From: Psammoneis japonica
Taxonomy: Eukaryota
Direction of reading: 5' to 3'
DNA length: 64,000 nucleotides
Assembly: GCA_008632985.1 (NCBI GenBank)
Contig: QPGO01000201.1
Location: 62,001 to 126,000, forward strand
Part shown: positions 25,167-38,585 of the stretch, one piece after another
Layout: every line of letters begins with the position of its first letter
Position numbering within the stretch: position 1 is the first letter of the stretch
The notes under the pieces: model-generated
Told to the model about the DNA's origin: nothing
Database searches by the model: none
Seen by the model: only the letters and a program-made list of their open reading frames with translations
Translations under genes and position numbers: made by a program

Positions 25167-28100
25167 TCAGCACTCCAGGTTTTGGTTCTCGGTCGTAGGT
25201 CCAGACAGGGAAAGCTCAATTCCCTGGTCATTGCATCTGGTATCTTTTGAGGGGATGACAAGTGACGAGGCGCACTGCTCTGCTGCCTGGCAGGTGGACT
25301 GTTTTTCCTTATCATTGCATCTTGTAGAGTCCGTGGGCCCAACAAGGGCCAGCAACACGGGTAACAAAACAAGTCCGTGGCTTAAACCCAAAACAACAGT
25401 GGCAGCAAAGGCGACGAACAAAATATGAAAAACCTCGCTGGAAGTAAAAGCCAGGGGTAACGAGCCACAAAATGTACTGAGACCTCCGAGAAGAACCGAG
25501 GCACCAACAGTGTTGAGCATTTTCGCCACTTTTTTCCCACTCGTAGGAGCGTCGGATTCATAATAACAAAGCAACACATGTCTGGAGGCAATAGCAATAA
25601 ACGATGATGTCAAAAACGAGTCCACAGGTATAGGCATGCAACTTATGCGCTGAGAACTTACAAAATGTAATCGACGTACAGCCCCAAAGACATCACCACC
25701 GACACGAAGCTCACTGCGAAAGTTAATGTAATGACCACAAATATAAGCGATTCAGAGGATGACCCCAGGCTGAGCGAACCACAAAATAATGTACTTACCA
25801 CCATTGATATCTATGCCTGCGAGCTGTAGCACCCCCAGCATATCAACGTACAATGAGATTATCATTGGAAGACTAAACAAGATTCCTGACCAGTGGGGAA
25901 GGAAAAACAGTGACATAGCAGCCATAGATGTAACGCCAATAATCGTCGTAACTTTGAGTTCTTTCTCGGTTTCGAGGAGGAACTCCCATAAATAATACAG
26001 CGCGTTGAACGAAAAGAAAGCTCTTCTTTTGCTACCAACATTGATTGGCTGTTCGCTGGATACTTTTGTCTGTGCCTTCATTGTAGCCGTTACCTGCTCA
26101 TTGACTGCTATGTCGAGACCTCCAAAGGCTATTTGTGAGCGAGATGCCACAATAGCACCTGACTCGTCGAGAATGAATGACCCTTCATGCTGAGTCCTCG
26201 GATCACGAATGAAGCGCTGGAGTGTGACGTTAAATGGTTCCCCTTCTTCGTGCGTGCCCTCTTTTTCTTCTTCTCCGTACCACTCCCGAAAATCAGTGAC
26301 CCAGAAATGGATGGGTGGATCACGGATTGCATCTACTCCGTCCACAAGCTCATACACATACTTAATCATTTGGTCTTGCACCGCGATATTGCTTTGATCG
26401 ACATCTCGGAAAAAAAGGTCGGCGTTTATGCGGCGCTGTGTGTATTCGTCCAAGGCGTCAGAGAAAGCTGTTACATAGGAGTTGGCAGGAAGAACACTGG
26501 AAAAATTAAAGCCGAGCTGTAATCTTGTTGTTGCTATGGCACACACACTGAAAAGAACCGAAAAGGAGAGGATGACACTTGTCTTCGTCACTGGGTGTAG
26601 TAGGAAGCCGGAATACCAAATCATTATTCTCGCACCAAGGCTTCTCTTCGGCTCAGTGTCTGTGGTCGTGTCGTGGCTTTCGGTGGTAAAGCAGCAAAAG
26701 ACGTCTCGTCTTGACGAAGCGATGCGTTTCTCATCAAGAACAATCATAGCTACAAAGACTGTTATCTGATAGAGAAAATCAACCAAAATAGTCGTGACGC
26801 CGTAGAGACATAGCCAGCGCACCTGTGGTTACGATCGTGTCCCAGGAAAAAGAAATTAGGTTCACGAGACCGACAACCGCCAATCAGACTACTGCGAGTT
26901 TCCCACGGCAATAAATTAGTACAATACACTAGAAACTTACCGCAGGAATAGTCGATGTACACCCGAGAGCGAATGCAAGAGACGAAGTTAGTGAAGTCAT
27001 TGCGATACTAACCCCAACTTCATCAACGGCATCGAGGACTCGATCTACGACGGGTTTGCTACCATCCGAACGTTCGTATGCATTTTTCAGTAGAAATGAG
27101 TCATCTAGTCCAATTCCAACGATGATAAAGGGAAATACCTGCGTCCAATAGATGCAAAGATCCTAGTCAGTTTCAACATCAATTCATGAAGCAAATATAG
27201 AATCTAGACCTGCACCAACCTGAGTAAGTGAAGTCAGCGGCACTCCGAAGGTAAAAAGGATACCGTATCCTGTCAGGATGCTCAGAAAGGTCGTAAGAAC
27301 AGCACCAAGCCCTAGCATGCTGCGTGATTGGACTGCGTCCTTCTTGGCAAAAGCAATACAAGTGAAGATAGACATGCAAAGAAAAACCCATGGAAAAAGA
27401 ATTATGTCATCCTCGATTCCACGCATAAACTCGTCCGAAAAGCTGCCCGTAGTTAGAAACTGCAACTTGAACTGCTCGTCCTTCCAATCTTCCCGGAGAT
27501 CGAGCAAGGCTTGGACTATCTTCAGTCTCAGATCTTCCAGTCCTTCGGCTGGTGTTGGAAACGACATAAGTGTGAGGAAAGCCGTGCTAGAAACGAGGAT
27601 GCCATCTTCGTAAGACGGGTGTCCGAACACGTCTTTCAGGTTGATGTCAAGTGACAAGGACAAGGAACTCTGTGTGTCGCCATCACTCGCAACTTGCTGC
27701 TCGAAAAGAGTGTGATTGTGGAACCAGAAACTAGATGGACCGACCATTCGGCAATCCTTCTCTTCGCTACCATTCGTGGGAATTGAGTACAACTTGCAAA
27801 TGTATTCATATCCGGGAGGGCAAGGCGATTCCTCCCCATGCACTGCACAGAACTCACTGTATCCGGGAGTATTGCGCACCACATCAAGCACCTCGAATAC
27901 TTTCTCGGCGCCAGCTTTTGACACCATGTTCTCGCCATCCTTGTGCACAACGATGGTCAAAAGTACCTCGTCGTCTCTACCACCGCCGAAACTTGTGCTT
28001 TCATTTGGCCAGCGCATCATCATTGAATCCACCCAAGCACCCTCGGTGTCAGATTTGCTGCCTATAGGCATCCAAAGATCGTCTTGACTCGAAACAATGT

Positions 28101-30325
28101 TGAAATTGGTGGCAAGGCCGATTGCCATTATAACAAAAGACACAATGACGGCCACAGTAATGCAGAATATTGGGTGCAAGGACGCCCTTTGAGCCGCGGC
28201 GAGCATTGATCTTCTGATAGGCCGATGCAACGCATGGATCGTATCAGTCCACTTTCGCGAGCAACGCCCTTTATCTCTGGTACAAGCATGAACAGACCGA
28301 AGGTATTTCGCCACCAGCAAAAGAAGCAGCGAGGCTGCTAAAATTGAAAACATAGCAGCTAGCAGGGCCGGTTTTGACACACCATCCGTTGCCTCCTCTA
28401 CAGGCTGGCTAGAACCGTAGTCGGAGTCTGCGCAAAGGTAATTGCCAAGTTCAGCGTGCCCCTTAGCGTTAAAATGAAAGTTCTCCTCGTCAAACCCAAG
28501 GGTTTCCCACGTTTCCAGACCCCACATCCAAGCCTCATCGCCCGTCGCGTCGTGACGAGGGTCGTATTCTCTACCCCTAAACAAGTCTTTGGTGCTTTTG
28601 AAGACGGAGAAGTTCTGTCCAAGTCGCTTGTTGGCCTCTTCTACTGCGAACCTCTGCGCCGTTTCAAGCATATCACGAGTTGCATAAAGTTCTTTCCCGA
28701 CTGGATACGTAGTATTCGGAGTATTCGGGTTGTCATCTTTTAACTCATAAGTTGCATCGTTGCCCGGATTTGGAGGTCCAACTAATACAACCTTGGTTCC
28801 TTCATGTCCAGACGCCCTGATGTCTAACAGTAGCTGCTCAATCTTGCTCTGAATGCCGCCAGTTTTGAGGATTTCTTTGCCTGAATCTACAATCTCCTTG
28901 CAGCTAGTTGGGTCTTGTGAAAAATAGCATTCCGTGATAGCCTCAGGAACATTGCAGTCGTTGCCACCAATCGACAAGAACACCAGATCCGTTTTTCTGG
29001 TGATTCCCGCCAGTTGTTTGTAGTAAACGTCTGCTACTCTGGCTCCAGAACATGCACGGTTGACAAAACGGACGACAGTACTGGAACTCTCCGCCTCGAT
29101 GCATTTTGAATACAAACCTGCCCAGCTAGAATCCGACCTATAGCAGACTGCATCAACATAGTCCCTTTTGCCGTCTTTGCCGCGAGCTCCATTTCCTGCA
29201 ATATTTGAGTCCCCAAGAGCAACAATATTGAGTCGCTTCTCCGCTTCAAGGAAGCTCAAGTCTGTCCTACTAGTGCTACTCGTGGTACCACTGGAGACTG
29301 TACGGGGTTGTATTTCAAAGTTAGGGGGGAGGATAACCCTATCAATGACTGGGAAATCCGAGAATGGTATGGTGAGATTGCAAAGCAAAAAGGTACAGTT
29401 TTGTGCAATTATCGTGCAATGAATGTAACGAACCTTGAATTACTCCGTTCGTTGCTAATACGTCGGGGGTTGTAACAATGGCAGTGCCGTTCAGCTGTAG
29501 CAAAGGGCTGACTGCCGTGACTGTGATTATTTCGCCATCCATCACGACCTCAAAAGTATCACCTACATTCCAATCCTTGCTCACTACATTTTTCTCCCAG
29601 ACAGAATGGGTGGCCAAAATCTGCAGCAAGTCTTCTCTGTAGGTGGGGTTTTGAAGACTGCTCAACAACGCCGGATCGAGGGCATCCCATGCTTTATTTG
29701 TTGGGGCAAATACTGTAACCGGTCCTACTTCATCCAGAGGCTTTTCTAGATTTGCCAACTGGAGGAGTTCAAACAAGGTGGAGAATCTGGAGTCTTTTTG
29801 TAGCAGCGATCCAAGAGAATTTGCCATGGAGGGCGGAAGAAAGACCTTGTTGACAAAGTATACCACGCTACCATTTTGCGTACGTACTTCGCCTGGATTT
29901 GACATAAAGTCCTCACTGTGAATAGTCACGTTAATTCCTTGTACCGTTGGGAATGTGAGAGTACCGCCATTGCTGTTCGTCTTGTCGATGAGATCATAGA
30001 ATATTTCGTCCACAAAGTGATACTTCAAAAGATCCTGCAAATGTGCAGTCCAGTCTGGATGCAACAACCGCGCCACTTCCTCTTCTCCAAGCCTGGCCAC
30101 GGCAAGATCGTTCGGCACCAGCACTGTAAAGCGTGAGATATTTTCTTGCGCTAAGATATTCCACATGTTGCCTTGCTCCATCGCAGTAGCGAATGCACTG
30201 CCCTGGATAACCTGCTCCACGGTCGTTTTGTTGTCTTGTGCCGCATGTGTTTGTCTCACCCGCCCAGAGAGAGCCGTGAGCAAGATCAGTAAAGCAACAC
30301 AATGATAGAGTAGTGGGCCCATCAT
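25167..30325 (-). CDS. Multi-exon membrane protein: signal peptide, 2x fasciclin (FAS1), SGNH/GDSL hydrolase, Patched/NPC1-like sterol-sensing RND module
   Basis: FTVLVPND, VTVFAPTNKAW, ATNGVIQ|VIDRVI (FAS1); VALGDSN, NRACSGA, SIGGND, FHFNAKGH (SGNH); PFIIVGIGLDD, GLYVDY, HGLVLLPVLL (SSD). Frame-restoring GT-AG introns at 29349-29433, 27139-27219, 26823-26940, 25714-25798 and 25582-25661. Confidence 0.85.
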
Positions 30326-30754
30326 GTTCTATCTAGCGGGTTTACTATCTTGCGTGCCAACTTCTTGGGTAAACATCAGTGCTCTCTCATCCGTTGTTGC
30401 GAGCTCGAGCGTTGCGTTTTGCGTTTATTTTGGCGGGCGGGAGTATTTTTCCCCCTCGCCGCGTAAAGGTTTACCGTAGTAATTTATCTACCATCTATAC
30501 TAGAGTGACAGATCATGAACACGGTCGCCTTCGCGTTCGATAAAATTAGCCGAACCCTGACGTCATGAGGAAAAAGGAATCACGATTCCCGAAATCTTGT
30601 CATTCCAAAATGACTTCCCAATCGACGTAAGAACAAGTCGATCGAATCCAAAATTGAAAACAAGATTCCTTCATGGAACACGAGAACAAAAATCGTTTGG
30701 CGGGAGAATTGAACAGTCTCCAGAGTCTTTCTTCATCAAAAGACGTAACCCTGC

Positions 30755-32329
30755 AATGCCAAACATCACCAATCCTCTCACCGGCAAAAGGAGGCAAATG
30801 CCCAGACGATGGACCACGCAGAACCGTCGTAAATCACGGGGAATGTCCGTCGATGATGGGATGCTTTGCAGGGAAGCGCAACAAAGCACCGCCTTGGCGT
30901 TGATGGGGGCGAGCGTTTTCTTGTGGATGCTCATGTTGGGCACATTGGAATGAGGCAATGTCATTTCCCAAGTGGAAGATGCACCCGAGCTGCATTTGGT
31001 TGATGCGATGACGCAAGCGTCGTTGCAAGGATTTGGAAACTGTGTTTCGCACTCTGCTCTTTGGCTTCGAGTCGATTCCGAAGTTGGTGACATTCCTGAT
31101 GCAGCAATGGCCAAAAAGCCGCACCAAAATGCCTCGCGGTTTGCCCGAATCGATGATTTCCAAGATGATGATGAGGCGGATGAGTTTGCATCATTTTCCA
31201 AGGACAAGCTGCGAAGAATGTTGACACTGTTTGAGTTGCCCGAGTGGGTCCGAGTGCCTCGTCCCAACGACCAACGAGATCTTGCATTTCACCAAGAGAA
31301 CTTGTTGGTGCGCACGCTCATAAAGCACAGACGAGGGAAAACACACAAAGAAATGGCAAGTGATGGAATCTCAGGGGAGGCAACGAAGTGGTCGCACGGA
31401 TGCAAATGGTTTGTTCGTCATCTTGATTTCAGGTGTGCAAATGTCACAGGACCAGCCGGCCTTCAACGTTGGGTGCGACACTTCCCAGAACTTGCCGAGG
31501 CGATTCAAGTTGACCTCGGAAGAGACGCAACTCTGATGAATCCTGAGACAAGAGAACGCACTCATTGTGATGGAGTTCATTTCGAACCTGGAACATTCTC
31601 AGCATGTGGATCGACCAATTGCAAAGACTGCGCAGCATCTGCTCCTCGCACCGGTCCAGATGGAAACTGTGAAGGCAGCATGCGTCATCCTCAAAGCGAT
31701 GAAGCACAGCAAGCTGCACACACTGGGAAATCAAAAAAGCATGCTTTGAAAATGTTCACCTTCAATCTTCCAAATGGAATGCACGCATGTGTGTGGGGAC
31801 CAATGTCATCACGGCCGCAAGTGCCACAAAAATCCTTTTGCAATTCGTTCAACATTCCTCATGACTCAACTGGTTTGATTGCATCTGCACAGGCACGACA
31901 GCCAAGCCCTGCACAGAAGCGACATTGACGACTGGCTTCTGCAAATCCAGCAAGCTTGCCCTGAACTTCAAGGAAAAGTGTGTTCATTTTGTGGAGACCA
32001 AGCTTTCAAAGGTGTGTGGAACTGCATTTCGGACCAAGCATGAGACTGCACAATTGGTTCCAGTTCTCACAAACAGATGGAGAATTGAGAGCGCAGTTGT
32101 GAAACGGTGCCATGAAGCTGTTGAATGGGGATGTGCAGGTGAAGTGAATCTCTGCGAGTTGATGAATCAGAAGAATCAATTCAAGCTCGAGTTGGACGCG
32201 ACGATTGTGCACGAGCAGCTGTGTGTGGGTTTTCTGTTTCACAACATCCACATGTGCTTGAACGGGTCCAACACTGGCAACTCTCTTGGGCTGCGTTCTC
32301 CAGAGTTGGAGGACTGCCTGCAACTGTAG
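30755..32329 (+). pseudogene. Harbinger-type DDE transposase pseudogene with intron 31817-31892 (donor now GC)
   Basis: HTGKSKKHALK..LPNGM..WGPMSSR, then after splicing PHDSQAL..FCGDQAF, then EAVEWG and HNIHMCLNG..PELEDCL. These match the DDE_Tnp_4 pattern with Y>H/C changes. Start approximate. Confidence 0.8.
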
Positions 32330-32489
32330 ATGTTGACAAAGACAGAGTGGCCATTTTTGATTGAAAAATGTCAACGGCCCGTGCCACCCTCCCTGTCAGT
32401 CGTCGTTTCTCCAGATGCATCTGTTTCCAGCTAAATGCTGCTCCTGCAGCAAAGGAAAGCCACCTGACATGCAGCGTTGCAGAACAGAA

Positions 32490-33718
32490 CTTTGCTCCAA
32501 TTATAGACCATGCCATCTGTCGTAAATGGTGTTGCACCTGCTCCCTCCCAAAAAGCTTGCATTCCTCCTCTTTGATCTTTGCATTGTGCCACTGGCAGTC
32601 ATTCTTGTCTCCGCGTTCTTTCGCATCCATGCGACCCCTGCGAAGGCTCTCAAGCCTGCGTTTGTCAGCAAGATTCTGAGTTTGCTGTTGGAGAACCGAG
32701 AGAGTGCTGCCGCAGCTTGAGTTGAGGTCAGCCAAAGCACTTTTGGCCGCAGTCAAGAAGTTGTGGTTGCCGCTGTACCTCATGACTTTTCCATTGCCTT
32801 CTAGAAGGGAGGCAGAAGGAGTGCCATCGACTTCCACCGGAGAGTCAGCTGTGCCAGAACCAGTGGCATTGGTCGCCGAAGCAGAACAAGCGGTTTTGGT
32901 TGGATGGGATGATTTTGCTCCATTCGTTGTAGCACTGCGCTTGGAGGTGGCATCTAGAGCTCCTGCAGTCCCTGTAGAATTCATTTGCGAGGGAGGGAAA
33001 GTGAGGCTCATCAAGTTAAGAGCAGAGGGAGGATTTAGACCGAAGCGGGCCTCGCAGCAGTTGTTGTTCTCCTGAGTCTGCAACCCAGCTGCCATTGAAG
33101 CATCGCTCTTTTCCTGTGCAGCAGCTTGAGTGCGAAGATGCTGTTGCCACAACTTGTGACCTCGGGCCATGGCACCCGTTTCTTCAGGATCATGTGGATC
33201 AGGGTCCTCAAGGTGTTGCTCTGAAAGGCGCGGTGGGAGGCCGACCCTCTTCTTTTCGGGAGCGTTCTGTGCAAATTTCCTTTTGGCAGCCGACACACGA
33301 TCGCTGCTTCACGCAATGCTGATGCCATGCATGAGACACACACCGTTTTCTCCATTGAGCTTTCCGTCCAGCTCACACCATGGATTCGTTTTGTCAGAAG
33401 CGCTGGATGTGTCGGTGCTGCAAGCATTGCTGTCTTCGCACGCAGCAAGCATGTCAGAAAGAAGCTGAAGAAAGAAAAGAAAGTGAGCCACAAGTGATGC
33501 ATCTCATGCCATGTTTCGTAAGAGAGAAATGAAAGGCTTGCCTCGCAGTTGTGGTCTTCCCCAACGAGCCTGTCCAACATCGGCATCCTCTTCGCAGGAT
33601 GCTGTTGCTGCTGATGCTGCGCACCAGCAGCAACTGGAAGTGTCCCGGTGGCATTTTGATGAGGAGCAGCTGCCGCCGCTCCTCCGACCGCCACCGCCGC
33701 TGTTGAACGAGCATTCAT
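32490..33718 (-). pseudogene. Harbinger accessory ORF (ORF2) remnant, probable intron 33465-33541
   Basis: Convergent with the transposase inside the TIRs. Low-complexity protein fragments and a gcaagc...ttcag intron-like segment. Confidence 0.5.
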
Positions 33719-34135
33719 GCCGCCTGGGAAGCTCAAGGCAGGTGGGCCAACACGGTGTTGGGAAGAAGTGGAGCGTTGTTGTTTGCACTCATCGTTGAGT
33801 TTGATGTTTTTTTTTTGTTGTGGCGCGCCCGAATTTTTTTTAGAGATCTGCGAAGATGGAATCTTTTGACTGCAGATCGAAGCCGAAGCACCATGGTGCA
33901 TTGTTTGCGCACACTTCTGCACCGCGTTCACTGAGGAAAAAGCGGAGTGAAGCCAAAACAGCACCCGGATGTGGATTGCCCGCCTGTGTTCGCAGACGTC
34001 ATCGCGGAAAGCGCGCACGCCAGCATGACGTGGCGAACGCGAAGGCGGTCGTCTTTACTTTTGATCTGTCACTCTACTTACTTTACACGACTCACTCAAC
34101 GTGCGCGTTAGTTAATCACGCGCGACCATTTTTAT

Positions 34136-37100
34136 ATGCTGTACTGTAATTCGTTTCTGACAAGACTGACGCAAGCATTTCAACGCATGCGACGATTTTT
34201 TCGCAGGCTCAGAATATCCGAGCCTGTGATTTTTCATCGACCACAAAATGGAAACCGATGCCAACAAAAAAACCGCACGATAATTCCTGTATTGAAATGG
34301 ACGATGGACTCTGCAACACACGACTCTAGCCAGCTATCATGCATCGGAAAAGCCGCCTTCGACGTACTTGCCGAGAATCACTCGGAGCAGCGAGGTGCCC
34401 TTTGGAACCTCTCGAGAGGATCGGTCGTGGGGTCTCTTCAGCAGACGCCGCGACATGCCTTTTGTCCCACGTCATTGACCAAGGAAAGGCCGTCGTCCAA
34501 CGAAGACTGGTTCGTCGAAAGCCTTACAGACGTGATCAAGCGCACCGAATTCTTTTGTGACATTCTCAACATGTCAGTGCCCGACGGGGATTTTCTGCAT
34601 GGATTCAGGGAGGCCATGGAGTATCTGGACAGCAAGAAGAAGCCTATCGTTGTCCGAATGATGTTTGCCAACTTCGTTTGTTGGCCCATTAACGCTAAAT
34701 CCTTGGTACGGAAGCTTTCACGCAATCTAAGCCCAGATACTCAACTTTCTCTTTGGGTAGGTGCGTGGCGGTCGACTTTTTCCTGGAACCACGCCAAGAT
34801 AATTGCTGTTGATGGACAATACCTTCATACAGGCGGCCACAATTTGTGGCACAGACATTACCTCAACCACTCTCCTGTGTTTGACTTGTCAGTGGAGTTG
34901 AAGGGAAGTATAGCTCTAGATGGACATGCTTTTGCGAATGAACAATGGGCCTTGCACCAGAAGTACCATGAGGAAGGCTTTCAACCCATCAATATTGACT
35001 GGGGTACTAATATTGGCTGAACTACACCACTCTGGCCTGTTTCCCTCCTTCTCGAAATGACTCTTTTCCTCCATTTTGGCAAAACGACGTCACTGCTACC
35101 GCTGTTTCTGCTAGCCCGTGCGAGAGTTATGAAGAAGCAGAGGCTCCCATGATAAGCATGGGCTGCTATGTGGGATGGAACGGCCGCGCCTGCTCTGATG
35201 ACGCATTCATTGCCATGTTTTCTGCCGCTAGACAAAGCGTCAAAATGGTCATTCAAGACTTTGGGCCGATGCGAAATCCTGGGATGAATGTTTATATGCC
35301 AGGCTGTGATTGGCCTGTGGATTACTTTAGAGCTTTGGGAGAGGCTATCTGGAAAAGAGGTGTAACCTTGGAAGTTGTCTTTAGCAATTTGAATTCAGTA
35401 CCCGGAGGATTAACTTCTCTGGAAGCAGATTACAGCAACCGATGGACTTGCGAAGATAGTGCCGCAAGACTCCTACTGGAGATTCGAAATCACTGCCTCA
35501 TGGACGATAGTCTCACAGATGAGGAGTTGTGCAGTATGTTGCTTGGAGAAAGAATCAAATTCTGTTATCTTCGCACAAAGAACGGAAACCGGTGGGAAGA
35601 CGGAAGCTACTTAGCATTGCACTCCAAGTTTTTTGTTGTTGATGATCAAACAGCGTATATTGGAAGCCAGAACCTCTACAAGTCAAAGTTAGCCGAGTGG
35701 GGAGTTGTGATTGATGACGGAGAACAAACTCGAACGTTCATGGAGGAGTACTGGGACCCCATGTTTGCCTTTTCCTATCAGCGCGATGATTGTAATCTCG
35801 AACTTGTCTTGCCCCTGATGGTCGACCCGGATCGCAACAATCGGTCCTTCGTTGCGAAGGAACGGAAACACTTCTTATTCGAATACATTAATGTCATTCA
35901 TTGGCGAGCCAACTGGTTCCTGCGATTTCGATTACTTGGTGCTTTTCTGTTGCTCATGGTCCTATTCGCGAAGGGAGGGATTTGCATGTGGCTACAGGAC
36001 CCAGTGCATTTCGTGTTTTTTCGAGAACATTTCCAGTGTTTGCTTTTGTTTCTTCTGCTCGTACTCGTTGTACTAGCAAAGGAGCTGTTGCTGCAAAAAC
36101 GATTGACTTCCCCTCCTTTAGTTCTGCATGGTCAAGTCAAACAAACCCGCGTAAAAAAGCTGGGGAAGATATACCAGCGGTTGGTCAGCCAAGGTTTGTT
36201 CGAGGATATTGTACCAAGCCTTTTCTTTGGAACGAATAGTCTGATTGCGACGTTGGCGGGCTTTGTCATCAAGGGACCAAAGCCTTGCAGTAAGTTCGTC
36301 TACTTTCGGGAGCTTCTTACCATGCATGATAAGGCAACAATCGCGCTTGATTGGGAGCTTCCGGCCATGATTGATAATGATAATGCCATTATTGTGGAAC
36401 AGCGGAAGAACCAAGTCCTTGAAATACCAATATCACATCCAGTGGTTCTCATCCTTCACGGAATTGGCAACAACACAAAGAGCGGATACATGAGATCGCT
36501 TATGCGTAGCTGTGTTGAGCAAGGATGGATGGCTGTCGGTATGAATTATAGAGGCTGTGCCGGTTTGTCGACGGTAACAAGTCCGTCGGGATATACCGGT
36601 GCCTACACGGGAGACTTACGGAGTGTTGTTGAGACTATTTCATCACGGATGAACCCGGGAGTGCCTCTGTTGCTGGTCGGACATTCGATTGGAGCCAATC
36701 TAGTAGTGAAATATCTCGGGGAGGAAGGCTTTGCGGGAACTCTACCGGCTGCGGTGGTGGGAGGAGTCAGTCTTGCGAATCCCTGCGACATCCGGTCGGA
36801 CCAATGGAGATTCCCTATGACGCAAGCTTTGAATGTTGTGGCCAAGAAAACGCTATTGCAAACTACCATAAAATTCCTCCCGACAATGATGAGAAACTCA
36901 TCGTATCGAACAGCACTACGAAAAGCTCTCTTCTCCACCACGCTGCAACAGTTCGACTCGGCCATGGCCTCTATTCTGCTTCGTAATCACGCACTGCCTC
37001 CCTTTTCACCACGTGTCGGCTATAGATGTGCGGAAGACTACTGGGATGATGCAGGGTCTTACAAATATGCACGCAATGTCACAATCCCAGTCCTTCACGT

Positions 37101-37323
37101 TACTTCTCAGGACGATTTTCTCGTGTACCAAACATCTAAGGAGAGGACATCATTTTTCCAGGAAAACCCAAATATACTCGCTGTGGAGACCAAGACGGGT
37201 GGACACCTTGGATGGTATGAAAGTAGATCGGGTTCACACTCTCTTGCTCCGACATCGTGGGCGGGACGTGCCACAATCACATTCATTGACGCAGTTTTGA
37301 AATCGAGCCGTGAAACGGTGTAA
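34136..37323 (+). CDS. Phospholipase D (two HKD motifs) fused through TM helices to an ABHD1-3/YheT-type alpha/beta hydrolase; apparent 1-nt frameshift near 35008
   Basis: WNHAKIIAVDG..TGGHN and LHSKFFVVDD..IGSQN; then IALDW, LILHG, NYRGC, GHSIG, GGHLGW. The second frame is open from 35011, overlapping the end of the first ORF (35020). Confidence 0.8.
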
Positions 37324-37421
37324 GGTGTACATGAGTCAATTTAATGTTGCTAAACTTGCGCCTTTCAGGTATTGTAAATGTTTCGTGTCTACTTGAATCA
37401 ATGCGTTCTTGCCGAAACTGA

Positions 37422-38585
37422 TTAAGCAAAGCTACAGAAATAATTGCCAGGCCCAGGAAGCTTCTCGCAAGTGTAACCAAGTTGTTCAAGGTAATAACCA
37501 GTACTTTCAGTGTGACGCTTCCTTCCGTATAGCAGGTCTTCCACTGCAATACCCTTTGGACGGCAACTGCCATCATGATCAATACCTAGACTCTTCAAGG
37601 CACTTAACTCGAAGCCTTCTACATCAACCTTGACAATGTCTGGGCATCGTGACACAAGAGAATCCACCCGCACCATGGGGACACAATTATTTCCATTGTC
37701 TGGGGCATCTTCTCGGACCTGGGCATTTCCAATGTTGGGACGTTCTTCCGTACTGGATTGTGGAGTCAAGCAGACCTTCGGCTGTGGAGTTTCGCCCACT
37801 GCGACATGAAATAGCTTGATTTTGTCTAGGAAATCATTTTCATGGATGGAGCGTGAAAAGAGTTCGACGTTGTACTCCATTGGCTCAAAAGCTTCTACTT
37901 GGTATCCAGCTGCCGCCATGATAATAGAGAAGGTTCCAATGTTCCCTCCAATGTCAACAAAGTGTGCTGGGGGTTCCATGACCTCCATGAGTCTTTCTTG
38001 CAGTTCGGGCTCCCATTTTCCACGCCTAATAAGAGATCTTGAAATATACACACATTCGTGGGGATCATGGACCCAAATCTTAGTGCCTGCAACCTCCTTC
38101 GGAAATTTAATAACGACTAACTGCTTGTTGGGATTCAATGGAGTTGCTTGTTCACTGGAGCGCCTCACCAGGTATTCTGTTTTCAGCGAGTTGGCCACTG
38201 CATTCGTCGTCGACACAGGTGTAGTCGTAGTTGCTTTCGGTTTAGTACTCGTAGTTGCTTCGGGATCGGAGAGGCTTTTGCGTAGCTTCGCTAGGTCTGC
38301 CCTTAGCGCACCCCATTCAACCATGGCCTTGTCAACCTGCTCGATGACATCTTGTAGGTTTTCAGAAGAAGGTTCTTGGATCGACTTCGCGGAAACAGGA
38401 GGCGACTGGCCAGCATAGAAGTAGAAGACATAAGTCACAGAGAGAAGCACCAGAGAAAGTACAGTCCAAGCAGAGAAGCTCGACGGGACAGTTCCTCGGA
38501 GCTTTCGTGTCTTGGACATGTCGCTTACAAACAAACCATACGGCTCGTCCTGACACGATGCTGCATCATTCTTTCGGGACATCAT
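37422..38585 (-). CDS. FkbM-family (Methyltransf_21) SAM methyltransferase, type II membrane protein
   Basis: N-terminal TM helix; FVDIGGNIGTFS, AFEP and VKVDVEGFE motifs. Confidence 0.88.
   Translation of the reverse strand: MMSRKNDAASCQDEPYGLFVSDMSKTRKLRGTVPSSFSAWTVLSLVLLSVTYVFYFYAGQSPPVSAKSIQEPSSENLQDVIEQVDKAMVEWGALRADLAKLRKSLSDPEATTSTKPKATTTTPVSTTNAVANSLKTEYLVRRSSEQATPLNPNKQLVVIKFPKEVAGTKIWVHDPHECVYISRSLIRRGKWEPELQERLMEVMEPPAHFVDIGGNIGTFSIIMAAAGYQVEAFEPMEYNVELFSRSIHENDFLDKIKLFHVAVGETPQPKVCLTPQSSTEERPNIGNAQVREDAPDNGNNCVPMVRVDSLVSRCPDIVKVDVEGFELSALKSLGIDHDGSCRPKGIAVEDLLYGRKRHTESTGYYLEQLGYTCEKLPGPGNYFCSFA

Larger units (their letters stand above)
30521..34052. mobile_element. PIF/Harbinger DNA transposon, degenerate, with two convergent genes
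   Basis: Imperfect 19-bp TIRs: acggtcgccttcgcgttcg (30521) and cgaacgcgaaggcggtcgt (34034-34052), 17/19 match. Encloses a DDE transposase on + and a second ORF on -. TSD not resolved. Confidence 0.8.

Noticed and set aside
24474..25428. Short ORFs downstream of the Patched-like gene
   Set aside because: No recognisable motif; they overlap its last exon and probable 3' UTR.
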